A program made the position numbers and the translations under genes. DNA of 64,000 nt from Candidatus Calescibacterium sp. (GTDB lineage Bacteria > Calescibacteriota > Calescibacteriia > Calescibacteriales > Calescibacteriaceae), in NCBI GenBank assembly GCA_032249135.1, contig JAVVGL010000002.1, positions 1 through 64,000 on the forward strand. Reading direction: 5' to 3'. This document shows, in pieces, positions 19,564 to 30,394 of the stretch (position 1 is its first letter; the number at the start of each line of letters is the position of its first letter). The notes below the pieces were generated by a model. It was not told the origin of the DNA. It ran no database searches and worked only from the letters and a program-made list of their open reading frames with translations.

Positions 19564-20778
19564 ATGGATTGGTTTTATGAAATAGTTAGAACATCATATC
19601 TTTCTGGGAAAAAAATAATTCTTGGAATTACAGGAGGTATAGCCTGCTATAAATCAATAGAACTTATGAGACAATTTCAGAAAGCAGGAGCAGAAGTTCA
19701 AGTAGTTATGACAAAAATGGCTCAAAGATTTTTAGGTCCAGAACTTTTAGAAGCTCTATCTGGAAAAAAAGTTCTTACAGATTTTGAAGGTATGGAACAT
19801 ATATATGTTCCTCATTCGGCAGACCTTTTTGTGATAGCACCAGCAACTGCAAATATAATAGGGAAAATAGCAAATGGAATATGTGATGATATTCTCACAA
19901 CACAAGTTATTGCATCAACAGTCCCCTGTGTGATAGTTCCGTCAATGAATTGGGCAATGTTGAAAAACCCAGCCACACAAGAAAACATAAAAAAACTTCG
20001 TGAAAGAGGATATATAGTAGTTGAACCAGAAGAGGGAGACCTTGCATGTGGAGAGAGAGGTGAAGGCAAATTCCCAAAGATAGAAAAAATTTTCTTCTGG
20101 TGTGAATATGCTATAACTCCCAAAATATTCAGCGGTGAAAAAGTTATTGTAACAGCAGGTCCTACAAAAGAATTCATAGATGATGTGAGGTTTATTTCAA
20201 ATCCATCTTCCGGATTTATGGGATACCTTGTGGCTCGCGAGTTTGCTATCTGGGGAGCAGATGTGAAACTTATAACCGGGGGTGATGAGTTTGATTCACC
20301 AGAATTTTTGAGCGTATCAAAAGTAGAATCATCAGATGATATGTTTTTGGAAGTTCAGAAAAATTTGCCGGCAGATATATTTGTAGGCTCGGCAGCAGTC
20401 TCAGACTTCAAACCAAAAACAAAAATCAAGGGAAAAATAAAGAAAGAGAAGATAGAAGCAGAGGGCGGAGGCAAAATCATATTGGAACTTGTGAAAACGA
20501 AAGACATAATACAAAGCGTAAATGCAAAAGTAAAAATTGGATTTTCCCTTGAAGAATCAAATCTACAAGAAAACGCAATTGAGAAAATGAAAAAGAAAAA
20601 AATAGATATCATAATCGCAAATCCACTCATATCATTCAGAAAAGAAGAAAGCGAATTCATTCTAATTGAAAACAGAAACGGAAACATCTTCGCAGAAAAA
20701 TTAGGAAGAAAACACAAAAGAGAAATAGCAAGAATAATAGTTGATAAATCTTTCAAAATACTAAATAGCATGAGATAA
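19564..20778 (+). CDS. coaBC: Bifunctional phosphopantothenoylcysteine decarboxylase/ligase
   Basis: GITGGIACYK, APATAN, PSMN, LACGE.G.G, TAGPT.E.IDDVRFISN.SSG.MG, AAVSDF. Confidence 0.97.
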   Translation: MDWFYEIVRTSYLSGKKIILGITGGIACYKSIELMRQFQKAGAEVQVVMTKMAQRFLGPELLEALSGKKVLTDFEGMEHIYVPHSADLFVIAPATANIIGKIANGICDDILTTQVIASTVPCVIVPSMNWAMLKNPATQENIKKLRERGYIVVEPEEGDLACGERGEGKFPKIEKIFFWCEYAITPKIFSGEKVIVTAGPTKEFIDDVRFISNPSSGFMGYLVAREFAIWGADVKLITGGDEFDSPEFLSVSKVESSDDMFLEVQKNLPADIFVGSAAVSDFKPKTKIKGKIKKEKIEAEGGGKIILELVKTKDIIQSVNAKVKIGFSLEESNLQENAIEKMKKKKIDIIIANPLISFRKEESEFILIENRNGNIFAEKLGRKHKREIARIIVDKSFKILNSMR

Positions 20779-20800
20779 AAATCTGTTCCTGATTTGCAAT

Positions 20801-21496
20801 ATGGGCAGTATATTCATAACAGGAATAGGTACCGAGGTTGGGAAAACTATATTTTCTGCAATACTTTTGGCAAAGTTCAAAGGTAAAAGAACTTTTTATT
20901 TCAAACCAGTAGAAACCGGCGGTCAAAAACCTATGGATTTTCTTTTCTGTTCAAAATTTGCAGATTTTTCTGAACCACCAATATACCATTTTAAAACCCC
21001 GGCATCACCTCATATAGCAGCAAAAATAGAAAATCAAAAAATAAACATACAAAAAATAAAGGAAAAAATAAAGGAGATAGAAAGGAAAGGTTTCAATCTG
21101 ATCATAGAAGGTGCTGGAGGATTACTCGTTCCACTCCGCCAAAAACCCCTATACACATGGAGAGACCTCATAACAGAGCTAAAATTACCGACATTAGTAG
21201 TATCAGCATCCTACCTTGGAGCAATAAACCATACTCTCCTTACAGTAGAAGCTTTAAAAAAGATAAATTTGGTGGGAGTAGTTCTTAATTTTCCAAAACC
21301 TCCAAAAACTGTTGCAGAAAAAACAAATAAAGAAACTCTTAAAAAAATTTTGGGAGAACTTTATCTTGGTGAAATATATACAATACCCCCACATATAAAA
21401 AATAGATTAACAAAATGCAAAGTTAACTCATTGAGATCTATCATTATCAAAATCTCAAACGTAAGATGGCAACAAATAAAAAAATGTTTGTTTTAA
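20801..21496 (+). CDS. bioD: Dethiobiotin synthase
   Basis: ITGIGTEVGKT, KPVETG, SPHIAA, EGAGGLLVP, LGAINHTLLT. Confidence 0.96.
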   Translation: MGSIFITGIGTEVGKTIFSAILLAKFKGKRTFYFKPVETGGQKPMDFLFCSKFADFSEPPIYHFKTPASPHIAAKIENQKINIQKIKEKIKEIERKGFNLIIEGAGGLLVPLRQKPLYTWRDLITELKLPTLVVSASYLGAINHTLLTVEALKKINLVGVVLNFPKPPKTVAEKTNKETLKKILGELYLGEIYTIPPHIKNRLTKCKVNSLRSIIIKISNVRWQQIKKCLF

Positions 21497-21532
21497 TTTG
21501 CAGCAGAATTAAAAAGTAAATAAAATTTAATT

Positions 21533-21898
21533 ATGAAAATTCTCATAGTAGATGACCATGAACCCATGCGAAAGATTATAAAAACTATACTAAGAAAAGT
21601 TGGATTTGAAGATATGGAAGAAGCTGAAAACGGAAGAGAAGCTCTATCAAAACTCAAAGAGAAAAAATTTGATGTGGTATTACTTGACCAAAATATGCCC
21701 GGGCTTTCAGGGCTTGAACTTTTAAAAATTATGAAACAAGATGAGCAATTAAAAAACATTCCTGTCATTATGATAACAGCAGAAACATCAAAAGAAAAGG
21801 TCATTGAGGCAATTCAGCTTGGAGTGTCTGAATATATAGTAAAACCGTTCACAGCTGAAACACTCAAGAAAAAAATAGAAAGTGTCGTAAAAACCTAA
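21533..21898 (+). CDS. cheY: Chemotaxis response regulator
   Basis: Single receiver domain: ILIVDD, LLDQNMP, MITAE, YIVKPFTAETL. Confidence 0.93.
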   Translation: MKILIVDDHEPMRKIIKTILRKVGFEDMEEAENGREALSKLKEKKFDVVLLDQNMPGLSGLELLKIMKQDEQLKNIPVIMITAETSKEKVIEAIQLGVSEYIVKPFTAETLKKKIESVVKT

Positions 21899-21930
21899 TC
21901 AAAACTATTATAACTTATTTTTAAATTAAA

Positions 21931-22674
21931 ATGCCAAATGAAATCGTAAAAGAAGACAAATCCAACTTGAAATTCAAAAGAGTCCTCGTTAAACTATCAG
22001 GAGAAATACTGGGAGGAGAAAGGAAATTCGGACTTGAACCTTCTGTTTTTTACAAAATAGCAGATGAAATAATTGATGGATACAACCTGGGAGCGGAAAT
22101 AGCAATAGTGGTGGGAGGAGGGAACATAATAAGAGGAATAACAGCAGAAAAAACGGGAATAGATAGAACAACCGCAGATTACATGGGCATGCTTGCCACC
22201 ATAATAAATGCTCTGTTTTTGCAAGAGATTATAGAAAAGAAGGGGTATCCTTGTAGAGTCATGAGCGCTATTCATACACCAGCTGTTTGTGAACCTTACA
22301 TAAGAAGAAGAGCAATAAGACATCTTGAAAAAGGTAGAATAGTCATATTCGCAGGTGGAACTGGAAACCCTTATTTTTCAACAGATACAGCAGCCTCTTT
22401 GAGAGCCTCCGAAATAAAAGCAGATGTTATTCTTAAAGCCACAAAAGTAGATGGAGTATACGATTCAGACCCTCTCACAAATAAAGAAGCCGTAAAATTT
22501 GATGAACTCACATACGCAGAGTTCCTGAGGCTCGGACTCAAAATAATGGACGCAACATCGGTAACCCTGTGCATGGAAAAGAAAATCCCAATAATTGTTT
22601 TTAACATAAACCAAGAAGGAAATATAAGGAAAATACTTCTTGGAGAAAAAATCGGAACAATAGTTCATGCATAA
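21931..22674 (+). CDS. pyrH: UMP kinase
   Basis: [40 protein letters not shown]. Confidence 0.98.
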   Translation: MPNEIVKEDKSNLKFKRVLVKLSGEILGGERKFGLEPSVFYKIADEIIDGYNLGAEIAIVVGGGNIIRGITAEKTGIDRTTADYMGMLATIINALFLQEIIEKKGYPCRVMSAIHTPAVCEPYIRRRAIRHLEKGRIVIFAGGTGNPYFSTDTAASLRASEIKADVILKATKVDGVYDSDPLTNKEAVKFDELTYAEFLRLGLKIMDATSVTLCMEKKIPIIVFNINQEGNIRKILLGEKIGTIVHA

Positions 22675-22791
22675 AAACAAATTCACTCACAAAAACAAAA
22701 ACAGAATTTTTAAGATATGTAAAATTGCAAAAATAAAAAAATAAAAAATGAAAAAATTGTAAAATATAAAGATAACAGGAAGTAAGAAAAA

Positions 22792-24141
22792 ATGGTAATT
22801 ACAGCATCACTTTTTATTATTTCTTTTGGGCTTGAACTTGAAGGGTACTTCAGAGCTCGTCCTCGTCTTCTTTACAACATCTCACTTGTAAATCTTCAAT
22901 CTGTTGATCCTCTGATAACTTACTTTGATTCAAGAGGTCTTTTGAATGTAAAACTTGGAGATGAAAATATAAAACTTATCTCACGAGTTGATATCATAGA
23001 TAATGCAGTCTGGGGATATAATGTTAGAGGAGCATCAGATGCTCCGCTTGCGCAAGTTGTGTCTTTTAACGATATAGTCGGAAAAGAAGTCCCTCCAATA
23101 AAAATTAAAAGATTATACCTTGATATAAGAACAAAAATAGGAGCTATAATGGCAGGATTTATGCCATCTCACTTCGGACTTGGAATGTATGTGAATTCAG
23201 GGGACACAATTTACAATGACTACGGTGATACATATGCAAGGATAGCTTTTGCTACAAAACCCTTGGGTAAAGACAGCAACTTGATAACTGCGATATTCTT
23301 TGATAAAGTCGTAGAGGGCGCAGTAATTCAAGAAGGTTCGTCAGATATCCTTGACGCCGACACAGATGATTTAGGAATAGCAGCTCTTTATAATAACGAT
23401 TTTTGGAGAGGTGGTTTCTACTCTACTTTGAGATTTCAAGAGGTTTCCCCTCAATCAAAAGCCTTTCTCATAGATGGTTATTTTGAAACGAAAACAAAAT
23501 TTTATCTTGCGCTAGAACTTGCAACTTTACTTGGAAGATTCCAAGTTTTTCGTGACCAAACACTGAACATATCAAGCTTTGGAGGCTTAATAAGAGTAGG
23601 CTACAAATTCTCCTGGATTTTTCCCTATGCTGAATTCGGATACGCATCACCCCCGGGAGATAACGAGTTCAGCCTTGATACAAACAGAAGAGGAACGGAG
23701 CTAAAAGGATTCAGGTTTCATCCTGACTACGACCCAGCTCTTATCCTTTTTAATTTCTTAGGTGGTGCAAAAGTTTCCCAACCAGTTCTCAAAGGATTCT
23801 CTACTATTTTAGAATCAAGAAGTGTATTCTCCACCTACTACCTGAAAATTAACAACCAGATAAAAGTTCAAAATATATTCATAATACCATCTTTACTTTT
23901 GGCATTTGATAGCAAAAATTCAAAATTTTTAGGTGTAGAACCAGATTTGGAAATAAGGAACAAACTCTTATCAGAAAAGAGAGAAGAAGGTAAAGAAGCT
24001 GATTACAACCTGTTCCTTTCTTTAAGAATGGGACTTTTAATCCCAGGAAAACAACTCAAAGAAGTTGAAAGACCGGGAGAACAAGGCACAAAAGAATCTC
24101 CCGTCTTCGGCATAGTTGGACTTATAGGATATGAATTCTGA
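22792..24141 (+). CDS. Outer-membrane beta-barrel protein, TIGR04551-like (myxobacterial family)
   Basis: GYFRAR..L.N, MPSHFGLGM..N.GD....DYGD, FRFHPDY motifs as I recall them for this family; C-terminal YEF BAM signal. Confidence 0.65.
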   Translation: MVITASLFIISFGLELEGYFRARPRLLYNISLVNLQSVDPLITYFDSRGLLNVKLGDENIKLISRVDIIDNAVWGYNVRGASDAPLAQVVSFNDIVGKEVPPIKIKRLYLDIRTKIGAIMAGFMPSHFGLGMYVNSGDTIYNDYGDTYARIAFATKPLGKDSNLITAIFFDKVVEGAVIQEGSSDILDADTDDLGIAALYNNDFWRGGFYSTLRFQEVSPQSKAFLIDGYFETKTKFYLALELATLLGRFQVFRDQTLNISSFGGLIRVGYKFSWIFPYAEFGYASPPGDNEFSLDTNRRGTELKGFRFHPDYDPALILFNFLGGAKVSQPVLKGFSTILESRSVFSTYYLKINNQIKVQNIFIIPSLLLAFDSKNSKFLGVEPDLEIRNKLLSEKREEGKEADYNLFLSLRMGLLIPGKQLKEVERPGEQGTKESPVFGIVGLIGYEF

Positions 24142-24207
24142 ATTTATATGATATGAATTCTGAATGAGATTTTCTCTAAATTAACAAAAATTCTTGTAAT
24201 TTTAGCT

Positions 24208-25167
24208 TTATGTTAATTTTGGTCTTGAGTCTTTATTTTTTGAATTTGAGCTTTTGAGAGCTTTGATAAAATCCTCCCAAGTTTCAGCTCTTATTAATTC
24301 TCTCTTTGTCTTTTTTAAATGGCTTATATCATCTATTTTTTCTAAAAAGCTTTTTATTAGCTTCGCTTTTTGGGCACCAAACTTTGCTTGAACAATTCCC
24401 AAAATTCCTTCTTTCAGACCTCTTACAAGTCCTCTCTGCTCTCCCTCTTTTAATCCCTCCTTTTTTCCCCACTTATAAAGAAAGGTTTTTCTAATATCAA
24501 CTTGTATTGGCATAGGCTTTACCTTTATTTCAATATCAAATAATCCTGCTAAAAAGCTAATGCTATCTATATATTTTATGATTTTTTCTTCATTTTTCAC
24601 AATTTCTACAATTCTTTTTTTGACCTTTTTTATTATTTCGGGTTTATCTTTGAATTTCCCAGCTAAAATCCCAACTAAAACCTCTGCTGGTTTATCACTT
24701 TTTATGAAAACATCAGGATTTATTTTTTTCATATCAAGCACTATGAAATTGAAAGATAAGTTTTGCATTTGAAACTCATCTTTTAGTTCAAATTTGCTTG
24801 GTGGAGGATTTCCTCTGCCTACGAATAAAACTATCTGTGTTGGAGTTTTACCATATTTTTTTCTTATAGCATAAAAATAGTCAAGCATTCTTTCGGGTAA
24901 GGTTTTGTCTTGCTGAACTTGTACTTCTATGTGGATTATTTTTCCACCGATTTCAAGCAAAATATCGGGATAAAAAGATTTAACAAATCTTATTTCAGTC
25001 GATAAGATCTTCGCTTTTCCCTCTATTTTCTGACCGGTTGCCAACTAAAAAATTATACCAACTGCTTTTGAGAAAATTTCTTTTAAAATCAGGTCAAATC
25101 TTCTTAACTCCTTTTTGTGCTTATATTCCTTTCGCCCTGAATATCTTTGCTCTGTTATTCTCTTCAT
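24208..25167 (-). pseudogene. Rpn/YhgA-like PD-(D/E)XK protein (DUF4351-like C-terminus) interrupted by an in-frame TAG at codon 41
   Basis: ATG 25167 gives MKRITEQ...FDLILKEIFSKAVGIIF, then TAG (25047-25045), then LATGQKIEG...PDILLE...HIEVQ...ERMLDY... and G.KEG...G...G repeats. The ORF track starts at the TTG after the stop. Confidence 0.8.
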
Positions 25168-25321
25168 TCCGAAATTTTGCTTTGAAATTTCAGTTGTTCT
25201 AAAAATTTCTACTTTCTTTGCTGATTTTTATCTTTTCTCTTGTCAATTCTTAAATTTACTTTCATCATTTTTATCTCTTTCTCGTTTTATCTTTTCCATT
25301 TTTATTTCTCTCTTATGTTTT

Positions 25322-26401
25322 TTATCTTGGTTTTATTCCGAATATAGCGATTGCTCCAAATATTATAGCGACTATTATAAATCTTGCAACAACTTTTGGT
25401 TCGCTCATTCCACCGAGCTCAAAATGATGATGTAAGGGAGCCATTCTGAAAATCCTTTTTCCTCCTGTGATTTTAAAATAAGCAACTTGAATAATAACAG
25501 ATAACGCTTCAATCACAAACAAAAAACCAAGTATAGGGAGGAAAAGCTCAAATTTTCCCAGTATACTTATAAATCCCAAGAGCGCTCCCAAAGACAAAGA
25601 ACCTGAATCCCCCATAAAGATTTGTGCCGGGAAGTTATTCCACCACAGGAAGCCCAGAAGCGCTCCCAAAATGGCGAAAATAAGAACGGTAATCTCTCCA
25701 ACTCCGGACGTAAAGAAAAGCTCAAAGTACTTTGCAAAAACCGAGTGTCCCGAAAAATATATAAATAAGCCTGAAACAGCAAAGGCTATCGCAAGATGAC
25801 CGCCCGCAAGTCCATCAAGTCCATCTGTCAAATTTACAGCATTTGATGTACCAGTTATGATGAAAATACAAAATAAAATATAGAGAACATAATTGAAATC
25901 TACTGCAACATTCAAAAACGGCAATCTTATTGGAGTTTTTAGGTCAAATAAAAGTTCAGCAACAAAAATACAGATGCAAGACAGAAATATTTGAGCGAAA
26001 AACTTTTGCGATATAGTCAACCCTCTTTTCTTACTTTTTTTCTTCAATACATCATCTAAAAAGCCAAGGAAAGTAAAAACAGAGAAAGTAAAAAGAGAGC
26101 TTAAAAGATAATTATTTCTCAAATCCCCAAAGAGCAAAACTGCAATTAAAGAGAAAATATAAATGAATACTCCGCCAGCAGTTGGAGTTCCTTCTTTTGA
26201 AAAATGAGATTTTGGTGCAAGATGATAAACTTTCTGTCCAAGTCCCCAATTTCTCAAAAGCTCTATTATTTTTCCCCCGAAGAATATGAAGAGTAAGAGA
26301 GGAATTATAGCCGCAGCAACGGCTCTTTCCATTATCTTGTAATCAAATAAATGCGCTAACATAGGTATATAAGAATAAATTCTAAAAATCTGAACTTTCA
26401 T
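25322..26401 (-). CDS. mraY: Phospho-N-acetylmuramoyl-pentapeptide transferase
   Basis: KEGTPTAGG, GFLDD, SNAVNLTDGLDGLA, PAQIFMGDSGS, MAPLHHHFEL. Confidence 0.97.
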   Translation of the reverse strand: MKVQIFRIYSYIPMLAHLFDYKIMERAVAAAIIPLLLFIFFGGKIIELLRNWGLGQKVYHLAPKSHFSKEGTPTAGGVFIYIFSLIAVLLFGDLRNNYLLSSLFTFSVFTFLGFLDDVLKKKSKKRGLTISQKFFAQIFLSCICIFVAELLFDLKTPIRLPFLNVAVDFNYVLYILFCIFIITGTSNAVNLTDGLDGLAGGHLAIAFAVSGLFIYFSGHSVFAKYFELFFTSGVGEITVLIFAILGALLGFLWWNNFPAQIFMGDSGSLSLGALLGFISILGKFELFLPILGFLFVIEALSVIIQVAYFKITGGKRIFRMAPLHHHFELGGMSEPKVVARFIIVAIIFGAIAIFGIKPR

Positions 26402-26435
26402 AAGAAACTTTTGAAACTTTAATGAAAAATAGCCT

Positions 26436-27914
26436 TTAATGAGATGATTTCAAGTGTGATATAAAATCTTTTGCAAGTTCATCAAACTTCAATCCCCGAG
26501 AAGCTTTGAAAAAAATGAAATCAAAATCTTTGTAGATTTCTTTGAGCCTCTGAATCAGCCCAATTTTTGACTTGAAAGCCTCAGCTGAAAATCCACAGTT
26601 TTTTAATCCGTCCTCCATAAACTTTGCATAGTTTCCATACAGAAGAAAGAAAGAATCTTTTGGTGAGATATATTTTTTGGCACTCTCCCCTACTTTGAAA
26701 TGCTCTTCTTCTGAGTATTTCCCAAGTTCAAGCATATCTCCCAAAGCGAAAAGTTTTTTACCATCAACAAAAGACGCAGAATAAAACATAGCAGAAAGAG
26801 ATAGGGGATTTGAATTATATGAATCATCAACGACTACAAAATTACCTATTTGGTCAACTTTGAATCTTGAAAACTCATTCTTGAACTCCTTAAAATTCAC
26901 CTTTTCTTTTATTACCTTCAAAATCTCATCTTCTTTCATCCCCTTAAACTTTTTAAGATATAAAAATAGAACCGAAATGGCAGCGGAGACATTTGATCCA
27001 AAATGCGGAGCAAGATTCGTTTTTACAATTTCTTTGAAAGATCTTCCATCAAAAAGTATGGAAAGAGAAAAATCAGTTTCAAAATTTCTTGAAACCGAAA
27101 TTGGATTAGAAAAAAATCCATACCTAAATATCTTCTTCTCTGTTTCATTTCCCAATCCAAATGCAACTTTTTCCGGATAGTCAAGGGAGAGAAAAAAACT
27201 CCTTAATTCTTTTGTATCAACATTTATAAAAACTGCCCCACCATTTCCTAATACAGAATTTATAAGTTCTATCTCCTCTTGAAAGACTCCTTCCGGAGAT
27301 CCAAGTCCTTCTAAATGTTCTTTCCCAAAAGAGACTAATAATCCAAAATTCGGTTCTGCAAATTGAGAAAGATACTTTATTTCCCCTTTTGATGAAGTCC
27401 CTATTTCAAGAACAAGAATTTCTGTATCATTTTTCAAAGATGAGATGGATACAGCAAGACCTATCTCATTATTAAAACTTTTTATACTTTTTTGAACTTT
27501 GAATCCCAATTGAGAAAATAAAAAGTAAATGAGTTCTTTTGTCGTTGTTTTTCCTGCACTACCACCGACAGCAATAGTAAACGGATTTATCTTCCTTTTT
27601 ACAAACTGACCTATTTTCAAAAACGCTTCACGAGTGTTCTCAACCAAAATTTGAGGGATTTTCAGATTTTTATTTTCCGAAGATACAAGAACAGCAACTG
27701 CTCCCTTTCTTTGAGCTTCTTCCAAAAAATCATGCCCATCAAAATTCTTACCTTTTATTGCAACAAATAATGCCCCATCAACGGATTGACGAGTATCAGA
27801 AGATATGTAATGAAAAGTAATGGATTTATCTTTTTCATCCCGAACTATAACTTTTCCACCACATATATTCTCTAAATCTTTTACACTGATATCAAATGGC
27901 AATTCAACAAACAT
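26436..27914 (-). CDS. murF: UDP-MurNAc-tripeptide--D-Ala-D-Ala ligase
   Basis: DTR, G.NFDGHDF, GSAGKTTTKE, SFNNEIG, DDSYNSNP, LGDMLELG, KASRG. Confidence 0.95.
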   Translation of the reverse strand: MFVELPFDISVKDLENICGGKVIVRDEKDKSITFHYISSDTRQSVDGALFVAIKGKNFDGHDFLEEAQRKGAVAVLVSSENKNLKIPQILVENTREAFLKIGQFVKRKINPFTIAVGGSAGKTTTKELIYFLFSQLGFKVQKSIKSFNNEIGLAVSISSLKNDTEILVLEIGTSSKGEIKYLSQFAEPNFGLLVSFGKEHLEGLGSPEGVFQEEIELINSVLGNGGAVFINVDTKELRSFFLSLDYPEKVAFGLGNETEKKIFRYGFFSNPISVSRNFETDFSLSILFDGRSFKEIVKTNLAPHFGSNVSAAISVLFLYLKKFKGMKEDEILKVIKEKVNFKEFKNEFSRFKVDQIGNFVVVDDSYNSNPLSLSAMFYSASFVDGKKLFALGDMLELGKYSEEEHFKVGESAKKYISPKDSFFLLYGNYAKFMEDGLKNCGFSAEAFKSKIGLIQRLKEIYKDFDFIFFKASRGLKFDELAKDFISHLKSSH

Positions 27915-28028
27915 ATACTTTACATTTCTTAATTATACAAGCAAAAACAAAGCACATATAATAATTAAGAATTTTAATAGTTTGCTATTAAAATTTAAGA
28001 GAATTATAATTTTATAATTTAAGAGATT

Positions 28029-28556
28029 ATGGAGATAATTCAGAGAAGTGAAGAGCTCATAAGAAAGATAAAAGATATGGGTATCTTCAGATTTATACCG
28101 CAAGATGAATTCAAAACTTGCGAAAATTACATAAACATACTTAGATTTCAAAAAGGAGAAGATATAATAAGACAAGGGGAAATAACGGGGGGAATTTTTA
28201 TCATACTTGAAGGTAAGGTTTCAGTTATAAGAGATTCAATAAAGATAGCAGAACTCGAAAAGGGGGAGATTTTTGGAGAGAGTGAAATTTTACTTGAGCG
28301 CCCGGCATCAGCAACAATAAGAGCAGAAGAAGATGGAACACAAGTCGCCTACATAATAAGAGGCATCCTTGAACAGTTGGAAAAATCGGCTCCAAGATTT
28401 ACAACGATTTTCTACAAAACAATCGCAAGAGTCCTTATGACAAGGCTTATAAATATTGATAAAGAATACGTAAATCTCGCATCAAAATTGGAAAGTCTTG
28501 ACCAAGCCAGAAAAATCAAAGAACTCAGAGAAAAAATCTTCAAAACACCTGAATAA
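28029..28556 (+). CDS. Stand-alone cyclic-nucleotide-binding domain protein with a C-terminal coiled coil (no HTH)
   Basis: IIRQGE, IILEGKV.V, GEIFGE..L...P.SAT.RA. Confidence 0.88.
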   Translation: MEIIQRSEELIRKIKDMGIFRFIPQDEFKTCENYINILRFQKGEDIIRQGEITGGIFIILEGKVSVIRDSIKIAELEKGEIFGESEILLERPASATIRAEEDGTQVAYIIRGILEQLEKSAPRFTTIFYKTIARVLMTRLINIDKEYVNLASKLESLDQARKIKELREKIFKTPE

Positions 28557-28650
28557 AAAATGAATAAAAAACTGAATTTTTTAAAACAATTACTAATTTA
28601 AAACGATTGCTAACTTTTTAATACCCAAATTTAGCTATTTTAATTTTCAT

Positions 28651-29754
28651 ATGGCTCCGGATAGAATATTGAAATTTGTAATAGCTCTAATTTTTATACT
28701 CCTGATTTTCATAGGATCAGTCAATATGTATGGGATTTCAGTAAAACTTGAAAACAAGGAGATCTTTCAGAGATTCTTGGTATCTTCCGGTATATCTATT
28801 GTCGCATTTCTTTTTGGTTTCATATTATCGTCAAGGTCAAAAAATATGTTAGTTTATTTAGGTTCCATTCTTTTTATTATGTCAGTCCCTCTGATTTTGC
28901 ACGCAAAGTTCAAAGGACTTGAAGCATTCGGAGCTAAAAGATGGATCTCCGTAGCTGGTATCACATTCCAACCAACTGAAATAGCAAAAATTTCTTGCGT
29001 TATTCTCACAAGCTACATCATATCTTTGATAAGAAAAAAAATAGCAGTCTTATATTCAGCCTTTATTAATATTGTGCCCGCTATTTTTACTGCACTCCAA
29101 CCAGATGTCGGTTCTGCTTCAGTATTTTTGGTAATATTTTTAGTATCCGTTCTTATTTCAAGATTTCCTCTAAGATTATTCGTTATGGTTCTTATTTTTC
29201 TCTTGATTTCTTCTCCTTTCGTATGGAAATACGGATTAAAAGATTATCATAAAAAAAGAATTTCCGCATTTTTGAACCCTGAAAGTGAATTGTTCTCATC
29301 AGGTTATCAGACAGTTCAATCTAAAATAGCAATAGGAAGCGGAGGGTTGATGGGAATGGGATTAGGTAAGGGGGAGCATAGCAAGGGCAAATGGCTTCCA
29401 AATCTACATTCAGACCTTGCCTTTGTATCAATTGCAGAAGATTTTGGTTTTGTTGGTGTCCTTACTACTCTTTTGATCATATTGATATTCATTTCTGCTA
29501 TTTTCATAAGAGCTCTTATTTCCGATTCTTACTTTGTTGAGGTCTTCTCTACAATTTTGGGAGCAACCATATCTTACCATATCTTGCTTAATCTATTCGT
29601 AATTTCCGGGCTTTTTCCCGTAGTTGGTATTCCTTTTACTTTTATATCCTTTGCCGGAACTCACAATATATCCATGTCTTTCCTACTTGGAACTTGCCTA
29701 GGAATTAGAGAAAAGAAGAAAGAAGAATTTGAAATAATCCTCTCATCACGGTAA
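28651..29754 (+). CDS. rodA: SEDS-family peptidoglycan glycosyltransferase RodA
   Basis: GAKRWI, QPTEIAK, LQPDVG, RI.AFLNP, GYQTVQSKIAIGSGG, LPNLHSD. Confidence 0.88.
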   Translation: MAPDRILKFVIALIFILLIFIGSVNMYGISVKLENKEIFQRFLVSSGISIVAFLFGFILSSRSKNMLVYLGSILFIMSVPLILHAKFKGLEAFGAKRWISVAGITFQPTEIAKISCVILTSYIISLIRKKIAVLYSAFINIVPAIFTALQPDVGSASVFLVIFLVSVLISRFPLRLFVMVLIFLLISSPFVWKYGLKDYHKKRISAFLNPESELFSSGYQTVQSKIAIGSGGLMGMGLGKGEHSKGKWLPNLHSDLAFVSIAEDFGFVGVLTTLLIILIFISAIFIRALISDSYFVEVFSTILGATISYHILLNLFVISGLFPVVGIPFTFISFAGTHNISMSFLLGTCLGIREKKKEEFEIILSSR

Positions 29755-29757
29755 TCT

Positions 29758-30357
29758 TTATCTTTCAAATATCAGAATAAGAGGAGAAAACCTTTCTATC
29801 TCCCCCACATATCTTCCCTCATCATCAATTTCAATTTTCCCTTTTACTTTTTTTATTCTGAATGGAGTCTCAACAATTATATGTGTATGAGAATATTCTC
29901 TCTCAACTATTCCTATTTTGAAATATGGCGGAGGAGGAGCTGGAGCTAACCATATTGCAACTTCAACGAAAGCTGTGATCTCCAATGATGAATAAGATTC
30001 CCTTGCTGTTTCTAAATCTACTCTCATAACCTTGATATTTACTGGCTTCTCCTGAAACCTTACGCTTATCCCTTTTGTAGCTTCAAAAGATAATATGTCT
30101 TTTATTATTTTGAGTTCTTCATCATCTATAAAATCATCTTTATTCAAATCTGCCCTCTTTCGCAACTCAAAAGCTTTTTTACCGGGGGGAACCCTGAATA
30201 TTATTGTCAAAGTTATCTTATCTTCTCCTACATAAAGTTTGAGAGTTCTTACATGTTCTATTTTATGAGCATATGAGATACTCCACAAGATTTGCGTGAG
30301 TATAAAAACAAGCAAAATTTTGATTTTTTTTGTTAGCATGCAATTTTTATTTTTCAT
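29758..30357 (-). CDS. Secreted hypothetical protein with an EF-hand-like loop
   Basis: Signal peptide ending SYA-H; DLNKDDFIDDEE matches DxNxDxxIxxxE. Confidence 0.65.
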   Translation of the reverse strand: MKNKNCMLTKKIKILLVFILTQILWSISYAHKIEHVRTLKLYVGEDKITLTIIFRVPPGKKAFELRKRADLNKDDFIDDEELKIIKDILSFEATKGISVRFQEKPVNIKVMRVDLETARESYSSLEITAFVEVAIWLAPAPPPPYFKIGIVEREYSHTHIIVETPFRIKKVKGKIEIDDEGRYVGEIERFSPLILIFER

Positions 30358-30394
30358 CCCGCACTCTTTTACCTCTTTTTCTTTTTTCTTTCTT

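Noticed and set aside
25045..25047. Genome-wide TAG recoding (or pyrrolysine) to explain the in-frame amber
   Set aside because: TAG ends several intact genes at their expected C-termini (HDAC 1390, AmmeMemo B 9812, pirin 43367, arsC 51595), and no other conserved gene has an internal TAG.
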